Shown here piece after piece: positions 11,803 to 23,779 of a stretch of DNA of 64,000 bases. Source of the DNA: Mobula birostris (lineage: Eukaryota); assembly GCF_030028105.1 (NCBI RefSeq), contig NC_092382.1, positions 3,316,175 to 3,380,174 of the forward strand. Direction: 5' to 3'. The notes under the pieces are model-generated. The model did no database searches. It was not told where the DNA came from and was given only the letters and a program-made list of their open reading frames with translations. The translations under genes were made by a program, and so were the position numbers. Within the stretch, counting starts at the first letter, position 1. Every line of letters begins with the position of its first letter.

Positions 11803-14140
11803 GCCTCTCTCTCTCTCTAGTACACCTTTCCCAGGCGTCTCTCTCCCTCTCTCTGCCTTTACCGTCCCAACATCCCAGTCATTCTGTTCACTTGATCTCT
11901 TTCCTTCCAGTACCTTTCCCACCCCAATTTCTTTCTACACTCCCATCTTTATTACCATCTGTCCCCCGTTCTGTCTCTTGAGCCCGATCTCTGTCCCCAT
12001 TCAAGTCCAACCCTCTCTCCCTCTGCTCTTTCTCTGAATCCTCAGTCTCTCTCCCCGTCTCATTCTCCCTCCCTACTTTCTCTCTCCTCAGCACTCCGGA
12101 CCCTCTGTTTCCCAGATTCTTTCCCTCTCCCAGTCTCTTCGCTCAGTCCCTACTTCTCTCTCTTTCTCACTGATCCCCCTAGGATCACACCCTCTCGTTT
12201 CTTCCTGCAGAGTCTCCCCGTGTCTTTCGTCTCCAATCCTTTCTTTCCACATTTTCTCTTCCCCGACCCTCGTTTTTCTCGGCCGCCTTCTCCCCTGTCT
12301 CTGTCGCTCCCGTGTCCTGCCCCCGACTCTCTCATTCCGCATTCTCTTTCACCAAGTTTCTTCCTCCCCAGTTTGTCTGAATCCACAGTAATTCCCTCTA
12401 CCCCTCAGTCTCTCTCTCTCACCCCAGGATCTCTGTGTCCCTCACTCCACTGCCACTCCTAAGTCGTCTTTCTCCTCCAATCTCTTTCTTCCCCAGTCTA
12501 TCTCTCCCCAAAATTGCTGTTTCCGCAGTTTATCGTCCCTCCCCCTTACCTTTTCTCCTAGTACTTCTCGTACCTCACTCGCTCTGCATTCTACCCCTCC
12601 TTGTCCTGTCTCTCTCTCTCTCTCTCTCGGAACACACAGTGTCTCTCACCCGACTCTCCCTATCCCCTCAGTCTCCCTCGCCTCGTCCCTCTCTACCCAC
12701 TGTCTCTATCCGGTCCTCCCTCTCCCCCAGTAACTCTATCCACCAGTCTCACCCTCTCTACGTCAGTCTCTCTTTACCCAGTCTTTCTCACATCTATCTC
12801 TCTGCCCAGTGTCTCTCTACCCAGTCTTTCTTACTTCCCACTATCTCTCTGCAACAATTTCGCTTTCATCACATTCTCCCTCTGCCGTGTCTCGACCATC
12901 TCTCTTCCTGATTCTCTCTACCCTGCTTTCTCTTCCAGTTTGGTCCCCTAATCTGAGGAAGGAGATTCTTGCCATATAGCGAGTACAAAGAAGGTTCACC
13001 AGACTGATTCCTGGGATGGCAGGACTTTCATATGATGAAAGACTAGATCGACTAGGCTTATACTCGCTGGAATTTAGAAGCTTGAGGGGGGATCTTATTG
13101 AAACGTATAAAATCCCATAGGAATTGGACAAGCTAGATGCAGGGAGATTGTTCCCGATGTTGGGGAAGTCCAGAACGAGGGGTCACAGTTTTTAGGACCG
13201 AGATTAGGGAAATCTTCTCCACACAGAGAGTGGTGAATCTGTGGAATTCTCTGCCACAGCAAACAGTTGAGGCCAGTTCATTGGCTATATTTAAGAGGGA
13301 GTTAGATTATGTCCCTTGTGGCTAAAGGGATCAGTGGGTATGGAGGGAACGCTGGTACAGGGTTCTGAGTTGGATGATCAGCCATGATCATACTAAATGG
13401 CGATGCAGGCTCGAAGGGACGAAGGGCCTACTCCTGCACCTATTTTCTATGTTTCTATGTTTCTATGTTTATCTCATCGTTCTTCTTTCCCCCAGACTAT
13501 AACCTCTAGTCTGTCTCTCTATCCATCTGTCTTTCTGTAACCCCCAGTTTCTTCGCCATCCCACCAGTCTCTTCGCAGAGACACTCTCTCCTTTGTCTGT
13601 CTTTCCAGCTCACTNNNNNNNNNNNNNNNNNNNNNNNNNNNNNNNNNNNNNNNNNNNNNNNNNNNNNNNNNNNNNNNNNNNNNNNNNNNNNNNNNNNNNN
13701 NNNNNNNNNNNNNNNNNNNNNNNNNNNNNNNNNNNNNNNNNNNNNNNNNNNNCTCTGTCCCCCAGCCTCCCTCCCTGACTACTCCTTCTTCCCACAATCT
13801 CTCTCTCCGTGACCTATCCTCCCCAGTCTCTCTCTCTCTCTCGCGGCCAACTCTCTCCTCGTCACTCTCCTTTCGGCTCACTCTCCCAGTCTCCTTTCGC
13901 ACGAGTATCTCCGCCCCCTTGTCTTACTCTTTCCAAAGTCTCTCTGTCACCCGTGTCTGTTCTTCTAGGCTTTCTCATATCCCCCACTATGTCAGCGTCA
14001 GTCTGTTTCTCACCGCAGGCTCCTTTTCGCCTCCGATTCTCTCCATTCCTCAGTTTCTCTCCTCAAAGCCCCAGTCTCTCGCTCCCTTGTCTCTCTGACA
14101 CTTCGGCCCCTCTCCCGGACTCTCTCGCTCTCTCCGCGCC
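11500..14140. repeat. Long CT-rich low-complexity region with (CT)n tracts; interrupted by a CR1 and an N gap
   Basis: Direct reading. Confidence 0.85.
12938..13470 (+). mobile_element. 5'-truncated CR1 LINE with (ATGTTTCT)n tail
   Basis: Encodes the 'WSPNLRK..', 'QRVVNLWNSLP' ORF2 C-terminus; tail at 13445-13470. Confidence 0.9.
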
Positions 14141-14309
14141 ATTGCTGCTCTGCTGACATCCCTGCCAGCAGCTCCTTCCGGTTTACTTTGGCCAACGCCT
14201 CTCGCATACCACTGTAATTTCCCTTTCTCCACTGAAATTCTGCTACATCAGACTTTACCTTCTCCCGATGAAATTTCAAGTTGAACTCAATCATATTGGG
14301 CCTGGAATA

Positions 14310-14990
14310 TATACACACATATTTGTCTCGTTGTGCTTTGTAAATGCGAGGACTGGGCCTCAGAGCCACGGATTCACCTGGTAGGAGTCGGTCGTCTAGC
14401 GGGCGTCGGGGGACAGTCTACATATGATATCGGTGGACTGGGGAGTCCAATGATAAACTCTATCTATCCTGCGTCGTTGTGTGTCTTACTGATATTCTAT
14501 ATGGGTTTGTTGACGTAAGCACGCAGACGCGGCGTCACGGGAGGTGGGGTGGTTGTGAAGTGGGAAGGTGGGCCTCGGGACTCCTATTACGTCATAATGA
14601 TCTGACGTGTGCTTACTGTGTGTGAGTGTTGGTAACGTGTGTGCGCACCTTGACCCCGTAGTAACGCTGTCTCGTTTGGCTAATCCATAAGAATTCATAG
14701 ATGGTTAAATGACGAGTGAACTTGAACTGAATTGAGGAGGGTTGTAGTCTGAAAGGGGGAAGAGAAGTGAGGTGAATGAAAGTGGGGGCGAAAAGTGAGA
14801 CAGGAGAAAGTAGGAGAGTAGAGAGAGGGGTTTTAGAGAGGATAGAGGAATGAGGCTGGGAGATAAGAGGTTATACTGAGTGGTTGGAGTGGGCTGAGAG
14901 GACGCTGACGGATAGGGAGGAAGGGAGAGACGAAGTAGTCGAGTGCACTGTGGAGAGGTGAAGGAGGAAGATGGCCAGGGAGTGGCACAC
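14310..14990 (-). mobile_element. Possible decayed L1/Tx1-type APE endonuclease fragment
   Basis: Minus-strand 'SDYNP' (GDFN-like) and 'SDHY' motifs in different frames; weak. Confidence 0.3.
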
Positions 14991-15059
14991 ATTCAGTCAG
15001 GGTGTTGTTGGAATTTCCATTCCCTCCGTGACAAGACGGGACCAGGCGGTTAACATTAA

Positions 15060-15630
15060 AATGTTAAAATGCATAATAAAAGACCAGCAAGAGGACAAAA
15101 GGAGAAAATGCCAAGATAGTCTGGAAACTACCCAACCCATGACAGGATCCTGCAACAGTTCAGTTAATTCTGATTACTTACACAGGCAGAACCAAGAGGC
15201 AAGCATCATTCACCAAAGTCTTGCTCTAAAATACAAAGTCATGAAGGATGCCATACTATAAATACAATCCTCAGTGTGAGAGCCCGAGTATACATTTATA
15301 TGATGATAGACCCATTATTACATATCCATAAAAACCGTCCCGATAGAATAATACAGGACAGTCAAGCAAGAAAACTTCCTTCATTGATCGATTCCAAACA
15401 TACACAACATTCTGTAATCCAGAAGTTTAAACAGCAGAAATATATCGACTTAAAGGAGAAAGTTGATAGACGATGGTACGAGCAATGTATATATTGTACC
15501 GACGGTAATATCTGCAACTTTTCCCACCTCAAAGTCATTACACAATAGCATTAAACAATTAGGCCGACACAATAATATTTATGTAACTGCCCAAAACGCC
15601 ACAATGCTAAACACCACTAGAATAGACGGA
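15060..15630 (+). mobile_element. R4/Dong-like non-LTR element fragment (CCHC plus restriction-like endonuclease)
   Basis: 'RKCQDSLET..TGSC..YLHRQNQ..IIHQSLALKY' followed by 'NRPDRIIQD...LID...KQQKYIDL'. Confidence 0.65.
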
Positions 15631-16383
15631 TTTTTTTTTTTTGGCAATAGAGAAGTCCTTAAAGGTTTTTGTTTCTATCCTCTCCCTGCCAGACACCCAG
15701 GGAAATGAGGAGGAAACGTGGTTTTCTCACAGAGTAACGCCAGTCACCTTTAGAAATAGACTTTCTGCACATCATAATTGGAAATTGTGTAGACATACCC
15801 TGTGCAGGTGAACACATCAGGAAATTGCTGCAAACTCACTGGATATAGGTAAACTCGACAGTTGAAGTTAGGATGTCTGTGCACGTGGACGTTGTCTGCT
15901 CAAAGCGTGCTGACTGACGTGCCGATCCGATGTTGGATGAAAACAGTTGAATCTCACTGCGGTGTTGTCCACTCACTGCGAGCATAGAGCAGTCCCGAGC
16001 TGATCTCCAGTGCGCTCAGTGTGAATTCCGCCCGTTCTCCTTGTCCCGGCAGCTCTCCTGCCCCTCTCCGTCAGCGAGAAGCTACGCATATGTCGATCAC
16101 TTGACCGGTAAGTCTTTACACTGGAGTGCGGCATTTATTATTGAAAGAGGTGTGGCGGTGACGACGGCGGGAATATAGTGAAAAACATACAAATTAAAGG
16201 AAGTTTGAGTTTAATAATTGGTAGCAGGTGGAAATCGCAGACTGCAGTTGCCGAAGAGTCTGTTCCGGAGCCGGGTCTCAACGACTCTCGCAACTGCCGC
16301 ATTCTCCGATGACCGTCAGTTCATCAGTGTCAAGGTGCGAAAAAATGCGACCGCCTCTGAAAAGAACCTGTATTGTGCTGTAT

Positions 16384-17020
16384 AGAAACATAGAAAATAG
16401 GTGCAGGAGTAGGCCATTCGGCCCTTCGAGCCTACACCACCATTTATTATGATCATGGCTGATCATCCAACTCAGAACCCTGTACCTGCCTTCCCTCCAT
16501 ATCCCCTGACCCCCGTAGCCACAAGGGCCATATCTAACTCCCTCTTAAATATAGCCAATGAACTGGCCTCAACTGTTTCCTGTGGCAGAGAATTCCACAG
16601 ATTCACCACTCTCTGTGTGAAGAAGTTTTTCCTCATCTCGGTCCTAAAAGGCTTCCCCTCTATCATCAAACTGTGGCCCCTCGTTCTGGACTTCCCCAAC
16701 ATCGGGAACAATCTTCCTGCATCTAGCCTGTCCAATCCCTTTAGGATTTTATAAGTTTCAATCAGATCCCCCCTCAATCTTCTAAATTCCAACGAGTACA
16801 AGCCCAGTTCATCCAGTCTTTCTTCATATGAAAGTCCTACCATCCCAGGAATCAATCTGGTGAACCTTCTTTGTACTCCCTCTATGGCAAGGATGTCTTT
16901 CCTCAGATTAGGGGACCAAAACTTCACGCAATACTCCAGGTGTGGTCTCACCAAGGCCTTGTACAACTGCAGTAGTACCTTCCTGCTCCTGTACTCGAAT
17001 CCTCTCGCTATAAATGCCAG
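16384..17020 (-). mobile_element. Young 5'-truncated CR1 LINE inserted at the 3' end of GPCR B, same orientation
   Basis: Uninterrupted ORF2 C-terminus 16472-16966 (YKALVRPHLEYC...QRVVNLWNSLP); (ATGTTTCT) tail at ~16384-16396. Confidence 0.93.
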
Positions 17021-17917
17021 TTAGTTTGTTAATAAGTTGAATAATTGACGAGAGCGGATATTTCGCTGCGCTGATGAACTGCTCTCGGAACTTGGACTGC
17101 GTCACCCCATAAATAAACCTGTTTGTGCAGCAACTTAATATCATCAGCATGTATCCGGTATGTTGAAACATATATTCCGAATCGTTGTAATACTTTGGGT
17201 CGAGCCCGGCAATGATGTCATAAAGAAATTCGGCAACACTCACCGACCACAGGATGATGAAGCTTCCGGAGATGGTGAGAAGTAAGATCACAGACCTCCT
17301 CCTGCTCTTCATCTCTGGGTCACTGCGGTTCTCCGCCTTGCTCTGACCCCTCAGCCCCTTACGGACGCGACTGGTCACTAAAATGTGCCTGACTGTCAGA
17401 GCGTTGAGCAGCAGTATTAACACGAACGGTAATAACGGCGCTAGAACGGTAGAAAGCCAGCTATATCTCACCCACCAAGGATCGGTAAAGTAGCTCGATT
17501 TACGAATGCAACGTATATTGTCAATCACTTTCACAGCTCGATACATAAAGAAGTAGGGCACATTTTTAAAACAGAGCAGAACGCCGGTTGTTGTCAGAAC
17601 TACAGCCTCAGTTTTCCCGGTGCAATACTTTGCCTTCAGCCTCTGGCAACAGATGGCGACAAACCGATCCAACGTAAAAGTGACAGTGAACCAGACAGAA
17701 CAGTCTGAGGCAGCCCTTGCCGGGACAGCAATCGAACTGCATACGGGGGTCATCTCCAGGAATGAACCGGGGAAGTAATAATAACTGACCCGCCACAATA
17801 TAACCTGAAAGATGATGGTTAGTAGATCCGCCGTTGCCATGGCCACCAGGTAGCGAGTGGTGCAGGTGGAGAGGCTGCACTTTCCCCGGGACAGGATCAC
17901 AATCGCTACTAAATTCA
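16908..17917 (-). CDS. GPR139/GPR142-like GPCR, gene B, exon 2 (spliced 358 aa; last 37 aa CR1-derived)
   Basis: Acceptor tttctgcag|TG AAT. Motifs: MATADL, DCSVWFTVTFTLDRFVAICC, PLLP, ILW, NRFIY, KFREQF. The reading frame continues into the CR1 to a stop at 16908-16910. Confidence 0.88.
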
Positions 17918-19280
17918 CTGCAGAAACAGCAGAAATAATGAGTGAATTGCTGTCACACCCCACCACGGATCTCAGCGCTGAGAAGTGCATAAAAATTGAG
18001 AACAATCAAAGTTTGCAGACAACGCATTTCTGGAGTTCAACAGGTGTAAAGTGGGACTTGCAGATGTCTCGTACAATTACAGCCTGGGTAAATAGTAACA
18101 GTACGCTGTCCTGGAAGAGGAGCAGGGTTTGGGAAGGCGGTATTTTCAACGAATCGCCGAATGTGCTTTGGATTGGAGAAACCAATAGAAATCTCCAATC
18201 ATCAGTTTTTTGACATATACAAAGCTCGGATGCCTCGGCGATTTCTCAGCGACGATGTTAGCTACGTTTCTGTTACATGCGTTCCAGAATCGCCCCATGG
18301 AGCGGAGCCCCGCCCCCTTCACTTCTGTCTCCCATTCACATGTCTTCGCCTCCTCCTGAACTCCCATTTGCCATCCGCGAACAGGGAGCTCTCTTGGTTC
18401 GCTTCTTTAAATTCTGGATCTACGCTTGACCGTGGTCGAATGCAATCAGGAAGTTCTATTTTCCAGTTCTAAAGATTTTGCATGTATTTTGAACGCTAGT
18501 GCTTAAACCATCCAATTTCCAAAGGAAAGCCAATGTATGTTTTTCAAAATATATTTCTCTTTAAGGGGTTGCTCCAAAATTACTGCAGCATTATTCTAAA
18601 TGCTGCGAGGCTTATTGTTCCAGATCGGTGTATCGCATGTTCCTTACCCCGTCCGACCTCCAACAGACACTGCTGGATTAGCTCTTAACTCCCTCTTCAC
18701 TACACGTATCGTGGGACATGGAAACAAACCCTGGTGCACTAAAACGCACACAGACCCTTGTTTGAATTTCGGAATCTTACGGTGGTTCTGAGTCTAACTC
18801 ACAAGTGATATCAACTGTTCTCCCCTGGATCTCATCGGCGACCCGCTTCCCGCGTTCCCTTCAGACTTGAAGCAAGTTCTTAAAAAAAAACAGCGCAATA
18901 CGATAATTCTGAATGTAAAGCATGTTACGCTGTTGATACGGAATAACACCAAGTAGCCCGTAAAGGTGCCCAGCGTAGTGGATTATCAGAGTTTTTTTTT
19001 GACAGCATCTTTGCATTGATACATCAAAATTGCCTGCTCTGAATCCACAAAATGAATCTATCTATTCGATCTTCCTCTCTACATCTGTTTCAACTGCCGC
19101 TTTACATTCCGCCGAGGCCACGGATTAAACTGCGATGGATCTTCTGAAGGAACACAGAGATTTGTCACAATGTCTGCACCGCACTCACTGATACACCGGC
19201 AGCACGACGCTGTCGGTAACTGAACGAGTCCAAAGGCCGCGCACACAGAACAGAAAAGCTTACTCCGCCTCTGTTCTTAC

Positions 19281-19347
19281 CAGGAACACCAATAACGGCA
19301 ATAATCAAGTAATATATCGTTCTCACACGGTAAAATGTTTCAAGCAT
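19281..19347 (-). CDS. GPCR gene B exon 1 (MLETFYRVRTIYYLIIAVIGVP+G)
   Basis: 67 nt, donor G|GTAAG at 19280, phase-1 join in frame. Confidence 0.88.
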
Positions 19348-19430
19348 GCTGTATGAGTTTCAGCCTGTCTTCCAGCTGCCCGGGATCTCGCTGAAGAAAC
19401 TCTGAGCTGATGAATCTCCACGCTCATTCA

Positions 19431-19519
19431 TTTATACTCGCACCAGCACACTGAATATTCAACACTACACAAGGCTGACGTGTCTTTCGGCAGCTGGGGC
19501 ACAAACTAACATGACGTCA
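19431..19519 (-). promoter_or_regulatory. Putative gene B promoter: TATAAA box plus CRE sites
   Basis: TATAAA (minus) at 19436-19431; TGACGTG at 19476-19482; palindromic TGACGTCA at 19512-19519. Confidence 0.55.
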
Positions 19520-19874
19520 TTCAATTAAAATCCCAACTGTGATGATGTACGGACAGCTTGACACGAAATTGCAAAATCTCAAAATTTAGGAAATGACGAT
19601 TCGGGAAGTTAGTGAATGTTGTTGTGAAACTCTCAGGCTCACCTCTTGGTTTCATGACTGTTATTGTTGATCATGTCCATTCGTTGGCTCCATGGACTTT
19701 GACATCAATGCTGTATTGTCATTGGCTAATCTGTTTCACTCTGAGAATTCTTCCGGTGATAGATCTTACAATATAATTATATAAAACAGAGTAACATTGT
19801 GACGGGCCTTAAACTAATATCGCATCCAGGCTTACGAAGATAGTTAACGCACCAAACCGTTCATCAGATGAATT

Positions 19875-20562
19875 GCAACACACACAAAATGCTGGCGGAA
19901 CTCAACAGGTCAGAGAGCATCAGTGTAAATATATGAACAGTCGCCGCTCTGGCCGAGACTCTTCTTCTAATTCATGAACGCGTCGTCGATCACCTCAGCT
20001 GCATCGACATTTTTTTCCAGTAGCGAACCGTTTGCACTTCTATTCCCATTCCCGGTCCGACATATCCCTGGCCTGCTCTTCTGCCACGATTGACCACTCT
20101 TAGTTTAGAGGGGTAACACCTTTTTTCCCGTCAAAGTAACCTCAAATCTTATGGCATGGACATAGATGTCTGTATCTTCCGGTATTTCCGTCTCTCCCTT
20201 TCCTCTTCTTCACTTCTCCACTCTGGGCCCTTACTCGTCTTCTAATCTGTGTTTTCCCTCACCCTGATTCCCCTTCTCCTTCCCTTTCTCCCATGATCCA
20301 CACCCCTCTCCTATCAGATTCTTTCTTTTCCAGCGCTTTGCCTTTTCCGCTAATCACCTCCCAGTCTCTTATTTGGTCAACCTACCCCAACCACCTAGCT
20401 TCATCTATCACCTTCCAGCTTGTCCTCATCCCCATCCCCTAAACCTTCTTATTCTGGTATCTTCACTTTTTGTCCAGCCCTGTTGACAGGTCGGGCCCGA
20501 ACTCTCAACGGCGTGTTCATTTCCATAGTTGCTGCCGGACTGGCTGAGTTGCTCCAGCATTC
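19875..20562 (+). mobile_element. Penelope-like element remnant with inverted terminal segments
   Basis: The 'aatgctggcggaactca' left end is mirrored by 'tgagttgctccagcatt' at the right end. Internal decayed GIY-YIG C-terminus (HF.SHSRSDI...LE..HLF...GM). Related hairpin fragments at 51888-52020, 53000-53260 and 57490-57660. Confidence 0.6.
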
Positions 20563-21501
20563 GTGAGGCCCCTCACGTGGTAAACCAGCTCCCGTTAAGG
20601 TTCGCACCGGTATGAGGGAAAGTATTTCAATCACCGTACGTACAACCCTCGGACTGGTGCAAATGATGAAACCGCTAGAGAATCTGCATTCATTATATGC
20701 GGACCAACAACGACAATGGTTTTGCAGTTGCGCTAAATTGGTAGCGTTGTTGACAGTGAGGTATTTAGTCGGATTTACATATTTGACGAACTGACCTGAA
20801 ATTTAATTGGAAATATAACATATTATTCAACTAGATGCTCGTTACGGTAACATTTCAATGGGTCATAGATTATGGGATTAAATTCATCAGATGGCCAGTG
20901 AAAGGCAGGTAGGGGTCAATATTGAGGTCCGTGATAATGGCCTTCCATGGGTGAGTAGGGCTGGGATATTCACAAAGAGTGACGGGTTCTTGGGAGTGCT
21001 GATGTAAAGACGGACAAGGAAATGGAAGTTAAAACATCAATGAAGGACTGGAGCACGGATGGATAATGTTGTGCTCAATACGTTCCGAATACCAACCTTC
21101 ACTGACGGTAAGACATTCTGCACTGACACCTAATCTTGCTCTGACAGGAAAATCTGTAAGTTTCTGCTCCCGATTAGAGAAGGATGTGATTACAGCGCAG
21201 CCGAGGCCGAGGGGTTCCGCCTGGAATTTGCCGTACGCGCAACATTTCAGATACCAGCGAAGATTCTGTCATTCTGTCCTAGAAACATGCCGCCTGGTGA
21301 GGGATAGATGAACACACGACAACAATATTTAAGAGTGTACTTGGTAGGCATACGACCCGGAATGGCGTAGAATGTAATGGGAATTGTCCAGGCATATAGG
21401 GTTCGTCAGACGGACATTAAACATCCCGCACATGCCAAATGAGAGGTTTCACAATACAGCTCACCCATCAGCTCTCCCGAGCTCCTGTCAAATACTCTAT
21501 T

Positions 21502-23745
21502 GTTACTCTGCCTGTCAGGCCTCTTGCCTCTGACCTCTCACAGTTTGTACATGTGGGCTCCTCCCAGTCTCCATCCAGGTAATAGGATTCTCCCGGTGTC
21601 TATTTAACCCTGAACTCTCACAGCCTGTACATGTGGGCTCCTCCTAGCCTCCATTCAGGTAACAAGATTCGCCCGGAGTCAATTTAATGCCAAGTCTCAT
21701 CCATGGTCTCTGTTCACTCATCGGACTAGCCGGCCTGAACTATTTGCTCCCAGCTTTCACTCTCCCTGCCTAAAGGTCACCCTGTTGCGTGTTGTGTTAA
21801 GCTCTCTTATTTCTGGCCCTTCGTGACTTGTTATTTGCCGGATTCTGATTAATCTTACCGTTCACCGCTGAATCATCTCCGCTGTTCTGCTTCAGCGTCA
21901 AGGCTCCTCTACATTTCCGGACAGAATGAGTGAAACTTCGATTGAAACTGTATGCTTGCAGGAAGGAAATCGTCCGCCGACACGAGCACACGATCCAGAA
22001 GCAGCAAGAAGCAAGAAGCAAGAATCAACAAACTCATTCGTAAGGCCAGTGATGTTGTGGGGATGGAACTGGGCTCTCTGACGGTGATGTCTGAAAAGAG
22101 GATGCTGTCCAAGTTGCATGCCATCTTGGACAATGTCTCCCATCCACTACATAATGTACTGGGTGGGCACAGGAGTACATTCAGCCAGAGACTCATTCCA
22201 CCGAGATGCAGCACAGAGCGTCATAGGAAGTCATTCCCGCCTGTGGCCATCAAACTTTACAACTCCTCCCTTGGAGGGTCAGACACCCTGTGCCGATAGG
22301 CTGGTCCTGAACTTATTTCATAATTTACTGGCATAATCTACATATCACTATTTAACTATTTATAGTTTTATTACTATTAATTATTTATGGTGCAACAGTA
22401 ACGAAAACCAATTTCCCCCGGGGTCAATAAAGTATGACTATGACTATGACAAACTACGGTCAGCCACTCTTCATGAACTCTGTGCCTGAGTGTAGCAACT
22501 CTGCTTCATCAGCGTCCTCCCTGTGAACCGCGGACTCTGGTGCCCGAAGGCTTCGACTGTTCTCTAACCCGATGCTACAACTTTCTGCCCCAGAACGTCT
22601 TGCATTTCCTGCTCCAGCTGCTCTGTATTCTACACACTGGCCAATAACGTCCTCCTCGTCCATGTTTTAACTGGACGAGCTCTGCCCTGGGCCACCGCTA
22701 ATAAAGCCAGCATTTGCAATAAATATGAGGATTTCACCGCTGACAGACGACCATCCGGAATGTGCAGAGGATCCAGCGGATTTGATAATTCACCCCCGAC
22801 AAGCACTACGCCGTGTAATGCAGGACCCTCGCCCCGGCTACAGCTAGATTGAGGAAGAACCGATTGCCCATTTCCTTCACGGCCTGTCGGAGCAATTGAA
22901 AGATGGGCTGTTACCTGGGAGTTGCCCACCGACGTCAGAAACCCCGTCAGTCTCATCAGTATTGACAACGATCTTGTGGAACGAGCCTCATCACCAATGT
23001 CTCCAGAACCCACGCTTACAGGGAGAGATTCTTTAACAGCCCCATGAGTCCGAGCGCCGGTGGGGGGGGGGGGGAAATAAAAACCTGCGTAGCCAATACG
23101 GCGGAGCCGAACACCAACACATCAAATATCATCTGAGTCGGATCTCCCCAGCCCCTTGTTCCATTACGACAGCCCGTCTCACTCCCCCAGTCCTTCTCCA
23201 CAATCCGTCGGCTCTGCAGGCGAAGGAGTCTCTGCTGGATTCCGGCGCAGCAGATTACTTTTTGGATGGGACTGTGTGTGTGCAGCTGGGACGCCCAACC
23301 GAATCTTTCTCTCACGCCATCGACATCGCGGCCATTGACGAACCAGCCTTGGGATCTGTGACAGCCAGGTGCCCACGTGGCTTGTTCACCACGAGTCCAT
23401 TCAGTTCCTCAGCCAACACACCTGTCACCTTGGGTTACTCGTGTCTCCCCACTCAAGACCCTCACTTCGGCTGGTCCTCCGATGGACTGAGGAGTTAGAG
23501 ACCCACCTGCCGGATTATCGGCCTGCAAACTCAGCTGACGTCACCCCATATCACCGTGGAAACGGAGGGGACTCTGTCCCTCACCAAACCTGCACGGGAC
23601 CATCCCAACTCAGTCATCGCCTTCAGTAATCCCGAAGCGAACAACCCGCATCTCACTGACACGACTGCGCAATCGAACTCCTTCGGAACACCTCCCCATC
23701 CCATGGCACTCTGTTCTCCTTCGGTCTTTCGGCAAAACGTGGAGG
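21502..23745 (+). mobile_element. Degenerate Gypsy (sushi/chromovirus-like) LTR retrotransposon: LTR, gag and protease remnant
   Basis: Aspartic protease motif LLDSGAADYFLD at ~23232, then 'IAAID..LG', 'PVTLG...DPHFGW' and 'DCAIELL'. LTR boundaries are approximate. Confidence 0.65.
22015..22450 (+). mobile_element. Rex1/Babar non-LTR 3' fragment nested in the Gypsy LTR
   Basis: 'RINKLIRKAS...ILDNVSHPLH...TERHRKSF.PVAIKLYN', then AATAAA and a (TATGAC)n tail. Confidence 0.85.
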
Positions 23746-23779
23746 TCTGTCTTTCAGGATAAACTATTTGAGTTGCTAG

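Noticed and set aside
11698-14232. Many R/E-rich or S/L/P-rich ORFs
   Set aside because: Artefacts of CT/GA low-complexity sequence and N gaps.
17918-18005. N-terminal extensions of the GPCR ORFs in the ORF track (also 32764-32782 and 42915-43017)
   Set aside because: They lie in introns upstream of clear polypyrimidine-AG acceptors; proper exon 1s with in-phase donors exist.
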